64,000 nt of DNA from Octopus sinensis (Eukaryota). The notes below the pieces were generated by a model, which ran no database searches, was not told where the DNA came from, and saw only the letters and a list, made by a program, of their open reading frames with translations. Below, in pieces: positions 1-12,459 of this stretch; positions within the stretch are counted from its first letter, which is position 1, and each line of letters starts with the position of its first letter. The stretch spans positions 12,586,001 to 12,650,000 of the forward strand of contig NC_043021.1 in assembly GCF_006345805.1 (NCBI RefSeq), read 5' to 3'. The translations under genes and the position numbers were made by a program.

Positions 1-258
1 AATAATGAAGTATACACACATATATATATTTCTTTATTGCCCACAAGGGGCTAAACATAGAGGGGGACAAACAAGGACAGACAAATGGATTAAGTCAACT
101 ATATCGACCCCAGTGCATAACTGGTACTTTATTTAGCAACCCCGAAAGGATGAAAGGCAAAGTCGATCTCGGCAGAATTTGAACTCAGAACGTAACATCA
201 AACGAAATACTGCTAAGCATTTCACCAGACGCGCTAATGTTTCAGCCACCTCGCTGCC

Positions 259-293
<35 letters not shown>

Positions 294-967
294 CAAAGTG
301 AGAGAGAGATGCAGAGATACATGGGAGCTGTGAGAGTCGGAGCATTGGGTTCAATACCACCCAACTTGAAGAAACATCTGTACCAGCTTAACTTGGAACT
401 TCATGCATACTACATAAAGTACTGTCAGTCTGGGGTCCTTGTTGTGACTTGACAGACAATACAAACCTCTGGTACACACAATATGTTCAATCTACAACAT
501 CATAATATCGGGTATTGTGCAACAACAACGTTTTCAAATTTTGACACAGGGCCAGCAATTTCAGGGTAGGGTTAAGACCAATGCATTGACCATAGTACTT
601 AGCTGGTATTTATTTTATTGAAATTTAGAAATACCAGCTAAATCATCCTCGGATCTTATCATTTAATGTAGTTCTGAGTACTAAATTTTATTACACTTGA
701 ATAAAAGATAGCATGGTCATGTTTGGAAAGCCTCTAATCACAATTCTACTTACAGTGTGTATGAATGTGTATATAAATATATATATATAGATAGATATAT
801 ATGGAGAAAGGCAAACACATACATATGAATATTAAATAATACAAAGTTTATAAAAAACAAATAACCCATTTTGTAGAATTCAGCAAAAATGTTAAAAAAA
901 AAAAAAAAAGAAACCTGAAACAATTTCCAAGAAAGCAAGATCAAATTATTAAATTTGAAAAACTTAC

Positions 968-1121
968 CACATCCCAAAGGCCAATTGATCCCCATTTTCC
1001 ACCAGCACCAACTAGGATTTTCTCTTTGGATGGGTGCATCACGACAGAGAAAATTCTGGATTCAACAACTTTGCGGACTTGGTTTTCAGTGACTTTCACT
1101 CGAGAAAATCCAGACAAAAAG
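968..1121 (-). CDS. WDR76: WDR76 exon 7 (start of the first WD40 repeat, ...GSIGLWDV)
   Basis: Acceptor gtttgtag|, donor GTG|gtaagt; WD dipeptide. Confidence 0.93.
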
Positions 1122-4100
1122 CTACAAACAATTAAGTTGAATTATTGAGAATTAAAACAACGTTATTTATTGTTTTGGGGATCAACGTTTTTTTCACAAA
1201 CAGAAGGTAGACATTTTGAAGAATTGCTTATTATTGAAGTTGGGCATGAGAGGAATTATATGCAATGTGCAAGAGAGGAGACTGTTGGTTTGGACATGCA
1301 TAGAGAAGTGCTGATCACTTAAAGTGGAGGAAAGTTGCGAGAGAGAGAGAGAGAGAGAGAGAGACCCAGGAAGGCATGGATGAAGTAGTGAAGGTCAATT
1401 TCAAAACGCTGAGCCTTAAGGAGATGACAGAGAACCGAGATATGTGGCATATTGCTGTAGTCAAGAAGACAAACTTATCACAACAGAAGTGATATTCGAA
1501 AACCAAGGTACCATATAAAAGCATTAGTTCGAGTGTTGGTGTTACATAAAAAGCACCTGGCACACTCTGTAAAGTGGTTAGCATTAAGGAAGGGCCATCA
1601 AGCTGTAGAAACCAAGCCAAGATAGACTATGGAACCTGATGTGGCCCCAGGCCTTCGCATTTCCTGTCAAGCCATCCAACCCATGGCCACATAGAAAACA
1701 TGTTAAATGTTGATGACGACGACAACGAATATCAATAAGTTTGGTTACCATGAGGAATGGTCCACCATGTAGCTTAACTCTTTGCCAGTTCAAATCATTT
1801 TCATAAGTTTGTCCTGAATGTCCATGCTTGTTTTCAGACTTAATTAGTCCTTGTTTCATAGTGTTCTGAGTAATATAAAGCTTTCCTTTCATAGGGAATG
1901 TGTATCGCTTGTGGTGCATGGACACCAGGGAAATACATCTTGAGTATCACATATGCTACATAGTGTAGGCTAAAGTGTTTCACCATCATCAGCAGCAGCA
2001 GTATGAAGGCGCAATGGCCCAGTGGTTAAGGCAGCGAACTCGCGGTCGTAAGAACGCAGTTTCGATTCCCAGACCGAGCATTGTGAGTTTTATTGAGCAA
2101 AACCACCTAAGCTCCACGAGGCTCCGGTGGGGGGTGAACCCCGCTGTACTCTTTCACCATAACTTTCTCTCACTCTTTCTTCCTACTTCTGCCACAAAGC
2201 AGAGGAACCATGGTGTAACCCACTATGGTGTGGTAAACTTTCAGACCCTAATCTAGATTGCAAATCCTCTGTACCCCAGGATGGTTCAGCTCAATTTGTG
2301 TCAGTGTAAAAACATACAAAGATAAATGCACACACACACTGTAAGGTATTTGTTTTGACTTCTTTACATTCTGAGTTCAAATCTCACTGGGATAAACTTT
2401 GAATTTCATCTCTTTGGGGTTGATAAAATGAAGTACCAATCAAAAATTGAGGTCGAAGGGATCAACTAATACCTACCTCTTAAAATTTCTGGCCTTGTAC
2501 CTATATCAGAAATGTAATAGAGTGAAAAATTTTCACAACTATAGTGGTGATAGTGTTGATGGTAGATTTTGACTAGTATTGGTTAATTTTGAGAACCACT
2601 GGATCAAAACCACCTCAGAGATAAGGAAAATGTTTAAAAAAATTTATTCAAAGATACCTTTGTAATGATGCAGAAGTTGGTGTTTTCAGCTTCAGAGGTT
2701 CAGCTGCATCAGAAAGGCTCTTCAAATCGGCAGCAAACACTTTGGCGATATCTTCTGTATTTTCATTAGTCACCAAGTCAGACATCTTGAGAGGACCCAA
2801 TGGCTTGCGTTCCTAAAAGGCAATATAGAACAAAAACTACATTCACACAGGGACTATAAAGCTGAAGCCCATTGTAAAATCCTTGGGCTTGAACAGGCTT
2901 TGCAGTGTTTTATCACTTATTGTTATCCATCACCAGCTGCCAAACACAGCAGCAGAGGAAACTGATTATCTTTGTTATTGTATAGGCTTTTATTTTTTAT
3001 CTCGTTTCAGTCATTGGACCACACCCCAGTGACTGAAACAGCTGGGAGCTGTCCAGACTCCAATTGTCTGTTGTGGCATGATTTCTATGGCTGGATGCCC
3101 TTCCTAACACCTGGGTGGTTTTACGTGGCACCAGCCTGAAAGCATTTTATGTGACACTAGCACAAGTGCGTTTTAAATAGCACAGGCATTGAGTTCATCT
3201 TATGTGGGACCAGCACGAGTGCATTTTACATGGCACCAGACCTAGTGCATTTTACATGGCACCAGACCTAGTGCATTTTACATGGCACCAGACCTAGTGC
3301 ATTTTACATGGCACCAGACCAAGTGCATTTTACATGGCACCAGACCGAGTGCATTTTATGACACTTTCACCAGGGCAGTCTACGTGGCACCTGCACCAGT
3401 GCAGTTTATGTGGCACCTGCACCAGAGCAGTTCACATGACACTGGCACCTGCAAGACAAAGGCCTCTCAGCTGGGAGAGGGGCATGGCTACAAAGACATG
3501 CCAGTTAGATGATATTTATGCCTAAGTACATACAATACATATATGCAAACACTTAAATACATCACAAATGCACAAACATACACAGGCATGTATATTCTCT
3601 TGAATTTTTTGTAGAACAACTTTGCTTACCATTTTCTCCTCTTGTTCAGCAACATCTGGCAGGGATGGGAGTGATATTCCTGAAGGATCTATGCGCTGAA
3701 TACGTGCGCTTCGGCGTGTTGGAGTATACACCCTGGACAGAAGAAGCAGAAGATATGTAAAGAAGATGCCAACAAAACTAACAAATAAACAAAATATCAC
3801 ATACTGTAAACAAGAGGGTGTTGGTTTCCACAGTTTACTTAGAGAATCTAAGCAGCTGTCAACATCATCTTTTTAAGCTGCTATATATAAGGGGGTGCTG
3901 TATACCCCCTGGCTTTAACCCTTTCGTTACTATATTTCTGACCAAATTACACCCCTTATGTGTTTCAATTAATTTCTAACGTAATCATAAATTTAGTCTG
4001 GTTTCATTAAACAACTACAACTTTTTTATTTATCGATATATTAATCTGATTTTTGGAAGATAATTTAATGAAATATTCTCAACCAATTCTATACTATAAT

Positions 4101-7100
4101 TTTTGTCACAAAGTGACTCTATTTGCAGGTAGATACAGGTAAATTCCACAAAATATAAAATTATTAAAATTTTGTTCAAACATCGCTATAGAAAATGGGT
4201 TATTAGCTAATATTCAATTGGGTATACAACAAAATTTTACGATAGAATTGTTATTCTGGGTAACTTTCTGATACCCATAATAATATTTATGGCAAAATAG
4301 GCCTTAATTTCATTTAAGGTTGTGGGAAATAACAAACTATCCTTTCTTTCGCTTTGTTTACGTTTAGCGTAACGATTTCAAATGGGCTCATTCGAAAAAG
4401 TAAAAAGAAATATATAAGGCTTTACTCTCCTGGGAAAGTCTGTGGCTTGGACTAGTTTCTTCAGAAAAATCACCGAAAGAAACGGTTTTTAAATTTTCAC
4501 TCCATTCAGGTGGCAATTCGTTTTCTTTATCGCTATCGGAGATCTCAGATTCACTGTTTTCACTTTCGGAAAATGAAACATCAAATTCATTATCAAATAC
4601 CATGTGCTTTTTTTTTTCAGTCATAGAGTTAGATTTATGAAGGTCTTCAGTAGAAAATCCTTCGAATTCTGACTCGCTGCTTGATATAATGAAATTCGTA
4701 TCCATTTTTTGTCAGAATTACAAATTTTGAAAACACAATAGGAACAAATTTCGGAAAAAAATCTCCCAAAATTCACGGAATTAAAATTACACTTCGATTA
4801 TTGTACAAAACTGTAGTTGAACTGTTTACGAAGTATAATACGTGTTTTCACGAATGTACTGAAGAGATTTGCTCTGATATTCTTATTTAAATATGAATAG
4901 GTAAATTCGGGCGGCTTTGGGCGGTTTGGTTTCATAAACCAAAATTTTTTTCGGGCGGCTTTGGGCGGTTTGGTAACAAAAGGGTTAAGGGTATCACAAA
5001 AGGTCTGGTTGGAGGCTCAGCCCTCTGAGTTCTTTGACAGGGCTTAGAAAAACTGAAGGACTGCTGCAATAAGTGTGTGGATCTGAGAGGGAAATATGTT
5101 GGATAAAATCATAATTAACTGATCCTCCTGTATTTTCTTTTACCAAAAGCCAGGGACTTTGCAGCTCCCTGATGGGCAACTTGAGACAATGTGATCTCAG
5201 TCCAAAACGTTGCATTGCCCACTTTCATGGCAATTTCAATGTAATCTTTCTGCAACTTTCTCCAAATAACGCAAGGTTTGCCGACACAAACTGCCACCAT
5301 TTCCCTTGGCTTCTGTTTTTATTGGACAGCAAAAAAAATGTAATTTGGAGACCATGAAGTAAGAGGCATGATAGAAACCTCAAAATACTAAGATACAAAT
5401 TCAGGCACAAAGGTAAAAAGAAATTCTTTTAAAAATCTTTACCTCTTTGGTTTTGGTGTAGTTTTCTGTTTTGATTTTGGATTAGTTTTCTGTTTAACTG
5501 GCATCGTGGCATCAAACATATGTTTGGCCTGTAAGAGAATTGTAGTCAATGACAGATTCATTGTTTTATACAGTGTTAAGTGATAGCTAGGGCTTCTATT
5601 GATCAAGGGTGGCCATGGTTCTGCACATGTATACATGTTGCCAGGCCAAGATTTTCTGAGGAAGACCAGTCATTATTCAGGTCATGCATTCAAAGTCTCA
5701 TTTCTCTTTGGCACCAACATTTATCCAAGGAAAAGGCTGTTCATTTGAACTGATACAGTTTGGCACCAGTGGCGTTGGTGTCAAAAGATACCAGAAAAAT
5801 CTACTTCCAAGAACACAACACACTACTACATGGTCTGGGAAATGAAACCACGATTGAAAGATCATGAGTGTAACAGCCTAATCACATGACCATGTCTTTA
5901 CACATGCATACATACATTTACACACACATCATACATACATATATTGTGGCACTCTGTTGGTTACAACGATGAGGGTCCCAGCTGATACGATCAACGGAAC
6001 AGCTTGCTCATGAAATTAACGTGCAAGTGACTGAGCACTCCACAGACATAGTCTTACTGTGTTCACAACTGAGGTTCAGTCTATAAACAATAGAAACAAT
6101 ATACACACCTGAGAAAGAAGCTGTGGTTTACATACCTGAAAAATGCCAATTGAAGCCATGAATCTCACATTGTCTCGTACATTTTCTTGTCGTTTCCGTT
6201 CATATTCAGAAATATTTGAGATCTTTGAAGAAAAACAAAACATGAGAAATATTTAATTTTCACAACAAACAGGTGCAGCTGTGGTCATGTGGTTGAGAAG
6301 CTTGCTTCCCAACCATATGTTCTGGGTTCAGTCCCACTATGTGACACCTGGGGAAAGTGTTGTCTACTATAGCCTCAGGCCAACCAAAGCCTTGTAAGTG
6401 GATTTGGTAGAAGGAAACTGAAAGAAGTTTGTTGTATATATGTGTGTGTGTGTGTGTGTGTGTGCGTCTTTGTATTTGTCCCCCCACCATCACTTGAAAA
6501 CCGGTGTTGGTGTGCTTATGACCCCATAGCTTAGCAGTTCGGCAAAAGAGACCGATAGAATAAATTCTAAGCTTACAAAGAATAAATCCCAGGGTTGATT
6601 TCTTCGACTAAAAAACCCCTACCCTCACTACATCGGCTGACATAAATTTATGTGTACTGTGTACTCACTTTGAATCAGACGACGAAAATATACACAACTT
6701 TATCTGTTGCAGTTTTGTACCTGTTGATATAAATATCCACAATCACTCATGGAATCAATAATAGGGGCCACCATTCCAAGGAATCTGATAGGTTTGTTAG
6801 AAACTTCATGTAAATATTTCCAACTCAGTTCAAGACCTTATCACCATCAAAGTATAAAAGCAGTGGCTTTGGTGGTTACACCACCATTTCCTCTATGACT
6901 TCCTATCAAATTCATACACGTTTAGCAAATTCTTCTAGCCCTTCACGGAATTTAGTCGCATCCGGCCATGCCAGTTTTGTTGAATTTATGGTCCTCCTCA
7001 CAGTGATGACAGTTCACGTAAATAAACAGTGAATGCTTTAAAGCAGTCAACATAAATATATGCTGAACCGTTGTCATGTGCTAATTGCTGATCTTGGCCA

Positions 7101-7614
7101 AGATGACAACCATCAGTACAACCTAGTTACCAGATAGATAAAAAAAACTGTTGTCATGGGGTTAAGGCGGCGCTCCAGCATGGCCACAGTCAGATGACTG
7201 AAATGCGTAAAACAATAAAATACCAAGAATTTTACAAAGAAGTAAGTAAGCCATGTCTTTCTCTCCCCTTTTTTGTAATCATTTAACATCCCTTTTTCCA
7301 TGCTGGCATGGGTTGGATGCTTCCACAGGGACCAAAGAGCCAGAGGGTTGCACCAAACTCCAACGTCTACTTTGGCATGGTTTCTAAGGCTGGATGCCCT
7401 TCATAATGTAACCTGGCAGAATTGTTAGCATGGTGGGCTAAGTGCCTAGCAGCATTTCATCTGTCTTCACATTCTAAGCTTAAATTCTGCCAAGGTTGAC
7501 TTTGTTTTTCATCCTTGTTGGGGGTCGATAGGATAAGTACCATTTGAACACTAGGGTCAATGCAAACAACTACTCCCTTTCCCCATAATTTTTGGCCTTG
7601 TGCCTATAGCAGGA

Positions 7615-7646
<32 letters not shown>

Positions 7647-10600
7647 GTAGGTGTGGTAAGTAGCTTGCTTACCAACCACATGGTTCCAGGTTCGCTCCTA
7701 CTGCGTGGCACCTTGGGCAAGTGTCTTCTACTATAGTCTCGGGCCGACCAAAGCCTTGTGAGTGGATCTGGTAGACAGAAACTGAAAGAAGCCTGTCAAA
7801 TATATGTGTATATATATGTCTGTGATTGCCCCCCACCCACACTATCACTTGACAACTGATGTTGGTGTGTTTGCGTCCCCATAACTTAGCAGTTCGGCAC
7901 AAGAGTGATAGAATAAGTACTAGGCTTACAAAGAATAAGTCCTAGGGTTGATTTGTTCAACTAAAGATGGTGCTCCAGCAGTCAAAATGACTGAAACAAG
8001 AATATATATATAGGCTCAGGTGTGGTAAGGAGCTTGCTTCCCAACCACATGGTTCCGAGTTCAGTTCCACTGCATGGCACCTTGGGCAAGTGTCTTCTAC
8101 TATAGCCTCAGGTCCACCAAAGTTTCGTGAGTAGATTTGGTAGCAGGAAACTGAAAGAAGCTCGTCATATATATATATATATCTATGTGTGCGTGTCTTT
8201 GTGCGTCCCCCACCAATCATCGCTTGACAACTGGTGCATTTACGTCCCCGTAGCTTAGTGGTTCACTAAAAAAGACTGATAGAATAAGTACTAGGCTTAA
8301 AAAACAATAAATCCTGGGGTTGATTTGCTTGACTAAAACCCTTCAAGGTGGTGCTCCAGCATGGCCACAATCAAATGACAGAAACAAATAAAAGATATAT
8401 ATATACACATATATGTTTCTCTGCTGAAATATTGGTTTCAAATTTTTGCACAAGGCCAGCGGAGAGTGACTAAGTCAATTAAATCAACCTCAGTACACAA
8501 CTGGTATTTATTTTATTGACCCCCAAAAGGAAAAAAAGGCAAAGTCAACACAGGCGGAATTTGAACTCAGAACATCAAAACAGATGAAGTATCTCAGCTG
8601 AAATATTACCTAACAACAACAATATTCACATACCTTGAAATCGAGATCATTTATTTCATTCAGAACCGAAGTATGTTCTACGGTTGGCCTATCCTCTTGG
8701 TCAATGGCCTTTTTCAACTTGGTCTTTGTGTAGTTTTCATTTTCATGCTGCTCATGGACATCCGCATTGTTCTTCAGAAGAATAAAAAATAAAAAGTAAG
8801 CATGTAAACACACACACCAACACTAGTTGTCAAGTGGTGGTGGTAGACAGACACTAACACACACACATATACTCTTTACTCTTACTCTTTTACTTGTTTC
8901 AGTCATTTGACTGCGGCCATGCTGGAGCACCGCCTTTAGTCAAGCAAATCGACCCCGGGACTTATTCTTTGTAAGCCCAGTACTTATTCTATCGGTCTCT
9001 TTTGCCGAACCGCTAAGTGACGGGGACGTAAACACACCAGCATCGGTTGTCAAGCAATGGTAGGGGGACAAACACAGACACACAAACATATATATATATA
9101 CATATATACGACAGGCTTCTTTCAGTTTCCATCTACCAAATCCACTCACAAGGCATTGGTCGGCCCGGGGCTATAGCAGAAGACACTTGCCCAAGATGCC
9201 ATGCAGTGGGACTGAACCCGGAACCATGTGATTGGGAAGCAAGCTACTTACCACTCAGCCACTCCTGTGGCTATATGTATTAATAACAAGAAATACTTCA
9301 CAGAAAGAGATTTTATACTTTTATTAATGTATTACTACATATTTCAGCATGACATTTATTTTTGTGGGACCACTTTATTCATATCCATAGGATATTATCA
9401 AATATTATTTACGAGCAAAACGCCCCCTCCCCCGTCCAATGGACGGTGCTGAGTTGTCAAAGCCGGCTACTTTTGCGCAAACTGCACGTGCATTTTTCTC
9501 GCGTACACGTAATATCGATCGCAACAGCTGATGTACTTGCGTGTACAAATGCACGTTCCCACGGCTTTATCGATCGCATTCTCACCTGGAATCGATTTTT
9601 ATCATTTTTTCAAGACTTATACACGCCCTGATACCGTCGGTATCTACATATCAAATTTGAGCGCAATCGGATGGAGTATGCCCAAGATCCTAGAACACAC
9701 ACACACAGACAGAATGGATTTTATATAATAGATAATATCGATAGACCCTATGGGAGTCCGTTAATTGGACATTCAGGCACTTTTTGCATTAGTTTACATT
9801 GGATTTCCTTGTTGTTTAGACTTCAGGATATTGATCATTCTACACCAATCAAAAAGTTTTGTTGGATTAACGGGCAGTGTGTGTGAATTCTTAAAAAGTA
9901 CAAGACAGATGGATGTATTGATAGAGGCAAGAACTTTGAGAAGGATTATTTTGTTCGTTGGTAACATAGGCGTAGGAGTGGCTGTGTGGTAAGTTGCTTG
10001 CTTCCCAACCACATGGTTCCGGGTTCAGTCCCACTGCGTGGCACCTTGGGCAAGTGTCTTCTGCTATAGCCCCGGGCTGACCAAAGCCTTGTGAGTGGAT
10101 TTGGTAGACGGAAACTGAAAGAAGCCCATCGTATATATGTATGCGTATGAGTGTATATATATGTTTGTGTGTCTGTGTTTGTGCACCCAACATCACTTGA
10201 CAACCGATGCTGGTGGGTTTACGTTCCCGTAACTTAGCGGTTCGGCAAAAGAGACCGATAGAATAAGTACTAGGCATACAAAGAATAAGTCCTGTGGTCG
10301 ATTTGCTCGACTAAAGGTGGTGCTCTAGCATGGCCACAGTCACATGACTGAAACAAGTAAGAGAGTAAAAGAGGAGTTAAACCAGAATTCCGTCACAACA
10401 AAATCCTATTAGATAAGTGTCGAATCAGATTAAAAATATCACAGTATACATACAAGCTATTACTAACGCTCCACGGTTGGGCTGTCATCGGTGACAGCAA
10501 CTCACCTCGCTTCTAGTAACGGAACTTTAGGAGTCCCACTCTCGTGTACGAAGGAAGGACATTCTGACACGACAAAAACAGAAACCTACTATCGAGAATG

Positions 10601-12459
10601 GATGAACTCCACAACGTAACCTTTCAACAGAGTAGGATTCTTTGGCGAAAGTAAAGAATAGGTGCAGGAGTGGCTGTGTGGTAAGTAGCTTGTTTACCAA
10701 CCACATGGTTCCAGGTTCAGTCCCACTGCGTGGAACCTTGGGCAAGTGTCTTCTACTATAGCCTCGGGCCGACCAGTCTTGCGAGTGGATTTGGTAGATG
10801 GAAACTGAAAGAAGCCCGTCGTATATATATATATGTATGTGTATGTATTTGTGTGTCTGTGTTTGTCCCCCTAGCATTGCTTGACAGCCGATGCTGGTGT
10901 GTTTATGTCCCCGTCACTTAGCGGTTCGGCAAAAGAGACCGATAGAATAAGTACTGGGCTTACAAGGAATAAGTCCCGGGGTCGAGTTGCTCGATTAAAG
11001 GCGGTGCTCCAGCATGGCCGCAGTCAAATGACTGAAACAAGTAAATATAAAAAAAAAATACGTACACCCGGTGTTTAGGGTTAGGATTTTTGTTACGCCG
11101 AAAACGGGTGGTGTACGTATTCTTTAGCTCTGCCGGGTTTCTTTAACTTGTCTAGCATTTGGCAAACCCCTATACAAGGTTGTCTCTCAGCTGTAACTAG
11201 CCTTGCCGTTCGTCTTACCTAGGGAGTTTTAGAATAACTGTTCCTCGAAGTCTCATACTTTGTGTTAAAAGGATATACGGAAGCGAAAATATATGATTAA
11301 AAAAAAAAACTGAAGTGCTTGAATTTTGTTTATTTACAGTTTCGTAATTACCGTTGTATGAAACAGAAATACTAAGAAAATAAACAACAATTAGAGAGCC
11401 ATTCCAAGATTCCGCCAACATATTTCGCCACATTGTTGAGAACGACATGTACATGTCATTTCAGTCTCATAGACAAAAAAAAAAAAAATTATAAACGACT
11501 GTAGGGACGGGACTGACCTGGGTGGGGACCTCTGAGCAGTACCGTCTTGAGGTATAAACACGCTGAATAGTTGTCCCAAGGCCCTACGGGTGCAGGACCC
11601 ATAATTAATCTATATATTCATGTAGGTTGTATATGTAGGGATGTATATGTACATTGGTACATTTATATATTTGTTGTGCAAGATTTTTTTATGTGAAGTC
11701 GTGTGTTAAAACAGATATTGTTATTATATTACGGAATGGTCATTTTGCCAGTTTAGGAGTGTGACGAAAGAACTGGCCGAAATACGATTAAGATTAATGT
11801 AAAAAGTAAATAACACTGAAGCAAAATAACACCAAATATATAGTGTGTGTGTTTTTATTGGCTAAACTGGCAAAATGACCATTCCGAAATATAACAATAT
11901 ATGTACATTTCTGCGCTCAAGGGGGACATATGGGACATTGCTATAACGGCCCTGCCAACAGAATTTTTTTTTTTTTTTTTGAGGGGATACACTTTTTTCC
12001 GAGTCTATTTTCCCTTCTGTCAATGCTTATCTTCAATGTTTGCAACTATTTTTAGAGAGCCTAGGAAATTCTCAACTCTAATACGAACTATGAGCGAAGG
12101 CAAAAATAACAACAAACGACGGCAGATTAAACTCTCTCGGCAAATATGCATAAAAAAAGGCAAATATTATAAATGAATCATGTATTTCTAGTTAATATTG
12201 AACTTTAAATAAATTTAGGAGGAAAAAATGTTTGACTCGCTCTTGTTTCTAAGTTTCTCAACATATTATATAAGATTGCGTATATCTAAATATAGAACGA
12301 AGTTCTAACATGTTTGTTACATAACACGCACGTTTTAAGTTATTTTTTCGAACGATTGAGATAAATATATGAAAGAAGAGAATGAAAAATTACCTTCGTT
12401 TCCACATTTTTATCTTCGGAAATGGAACTATAACTTCTTTTCCTGCTGCTTTTATTCAT
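968..12459 (-). CDS. WDR76: WD repeat-containing protein 76 (CMR1 homolog), 5' part, 7 coding exons; gene continues beyond position 1
   Basis: Exons 12394-12459, 8634-8771, 6136-6222, 5443-5528, 3630-3732, 2658-2812 and 968-1121 join in frame at GT-AG sites. Peptides ISEYERKRQENVRDNVRFMASIGI, RRSARIQRIDPSGISLP, ERKPLGPLKM and RIFSVVMHPSKEKILVGAGGKWGSIGLWDV match WDR76 as I recall it (human RRSMRLLKVDPSGVSLP; IFSMALHPSETRTLVAVGAKFGQVGL). Confidence 0.92.
2658..2812 (-). CDS. WDR76: WDR76 exon 6 (ERKPLGPLKMSDLV...SASLQ)
   Basis: Acceptor cttttag|, donor AG|gtatct, phase 0-2. Confidence 0.9.
3120..3460 (-). repeat. Shorter expansion of the same unit family
   Basis: ttttacatggcaccagacctagtgca repeated and decaying over roughly a dozen units. 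Confidence 0.9.
3630..3732 (-). CDS. WDR76: WDR76 exon 5 (VYTPTRRSARIQRIDPSGISLPSLPDVAEQEEKM)
   Basis: Acceptor ttctgtccag|, donor ATG|gtaagc, phase 2-0. Confidence 0.92.
3886..5168 (+). mobile_element. Mariner-derived MITE, split by the piggyBac insertion
   Basis: Left end gggggtgctg...cctggctt|TTAA; right part encodes QPSEFF...EKLKDCCNKCVDLRGKYV (mariner C-terminus) and ends aaagccaggga...gcagctccc. Confidence 0.7.
3919..4984 (-). mobile_element. Internally deleted piggyBac element retaining the acidic N-terminus of a PGBD-type transposase
   Basis: TTAA on both sides; TIRs ccctttcgttac / gtaacaaaaggg; duplicated subterminal ttcgggcggctttgggcggtttgg; ORF 4388-4705 (..SDSDKENELPPEWSENLKTVSFGDFSEETSP..) resembles PGBD4-type N-termini. 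Confidence 0.85.
5443..5528 (-). CDS. WDR76: WDR76 exon 4 (AKHMFDATMPVKQKTNPKSKQKTTPKPKR)
   Basis: Acceptor ctcttacag|, donor AG|gtaaag, phase 0-2. Confidence 0.88.
6136..6222 (-). CDS. WDR76: WDR76 exon 3 (ISNISEYERKRQENVRDNVRFMASIGIFQ)
   Basis: Acceptor ttcttcaaag|, donor CAG|gtatgt; conserved SEYERKR..N motif. Confidence 0.92.
8634..8771 (-). CDS. WDR76: WDR76 exon 2 (NNADVHEQ...NDLDFK), 138 nt, phase 0-0
   Basis: Acceptor ttctgaag|, donor AAG|gtatgt, open frame. Confidence 0.8.
9966..10375 (+). mobile_element. tRNA-derived SINE family A (about 400 bp, central TA/TG microsatellite); about 20 copies: + at 6272, 7645, 8015, 10663, 14715, 21145, 28000, 28558, 38608, 48957, 52516; - at 8875-9270, 13325, 21290-21692, 34878-35300, 35825-36210, 48540, 54228-54620, 62490
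   Basis: Head ggagtggctgtgtggtaag...ggttcagtccca (A/B boxes); tail gcggtgctccagcatggcc.cagtcaaatgactgaaac(aagtaaaagag)n. Confidence 0.92.
11715..11900. repeat. Small MITE-like element with inverted arms of about 39 bp
   Basis: atattgtta..ggaatggtcattttgccagtttag / ctaaactggcaaaatgaccattccgaaatataacaatat. Confidence 0.7.
12394..12459 (-). CDS. WDR76: WDR76 coding exon 1 (MNKSSRKRSYSSISEDKNVETK); an in-frame upstream ATG at 12525 is possible
   Basis: ATG at 12459; phase-0 donor AAG|gtaatt. Confidence 0.75.

Noticed and set aside
360-540. Expected next WDR76 exon
   Set aside because: No frame resembling the following WD40 repeat was found; the exon probably lies outside the window.
11140-11175. 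U7 snRNA-like Sm site (aacttgtctag)
   Set aside because: One mismatch to AAUUUGUCUAG, no convincing 3' hairpin and no histone downstream-element complement.
11445-11458. Palindrome gacatgtacatgtc as a p53 response element
   Set aside because: The CATG cores are 2 nt apart rather than 6, and a 14-bp palindrome can occur by chance.
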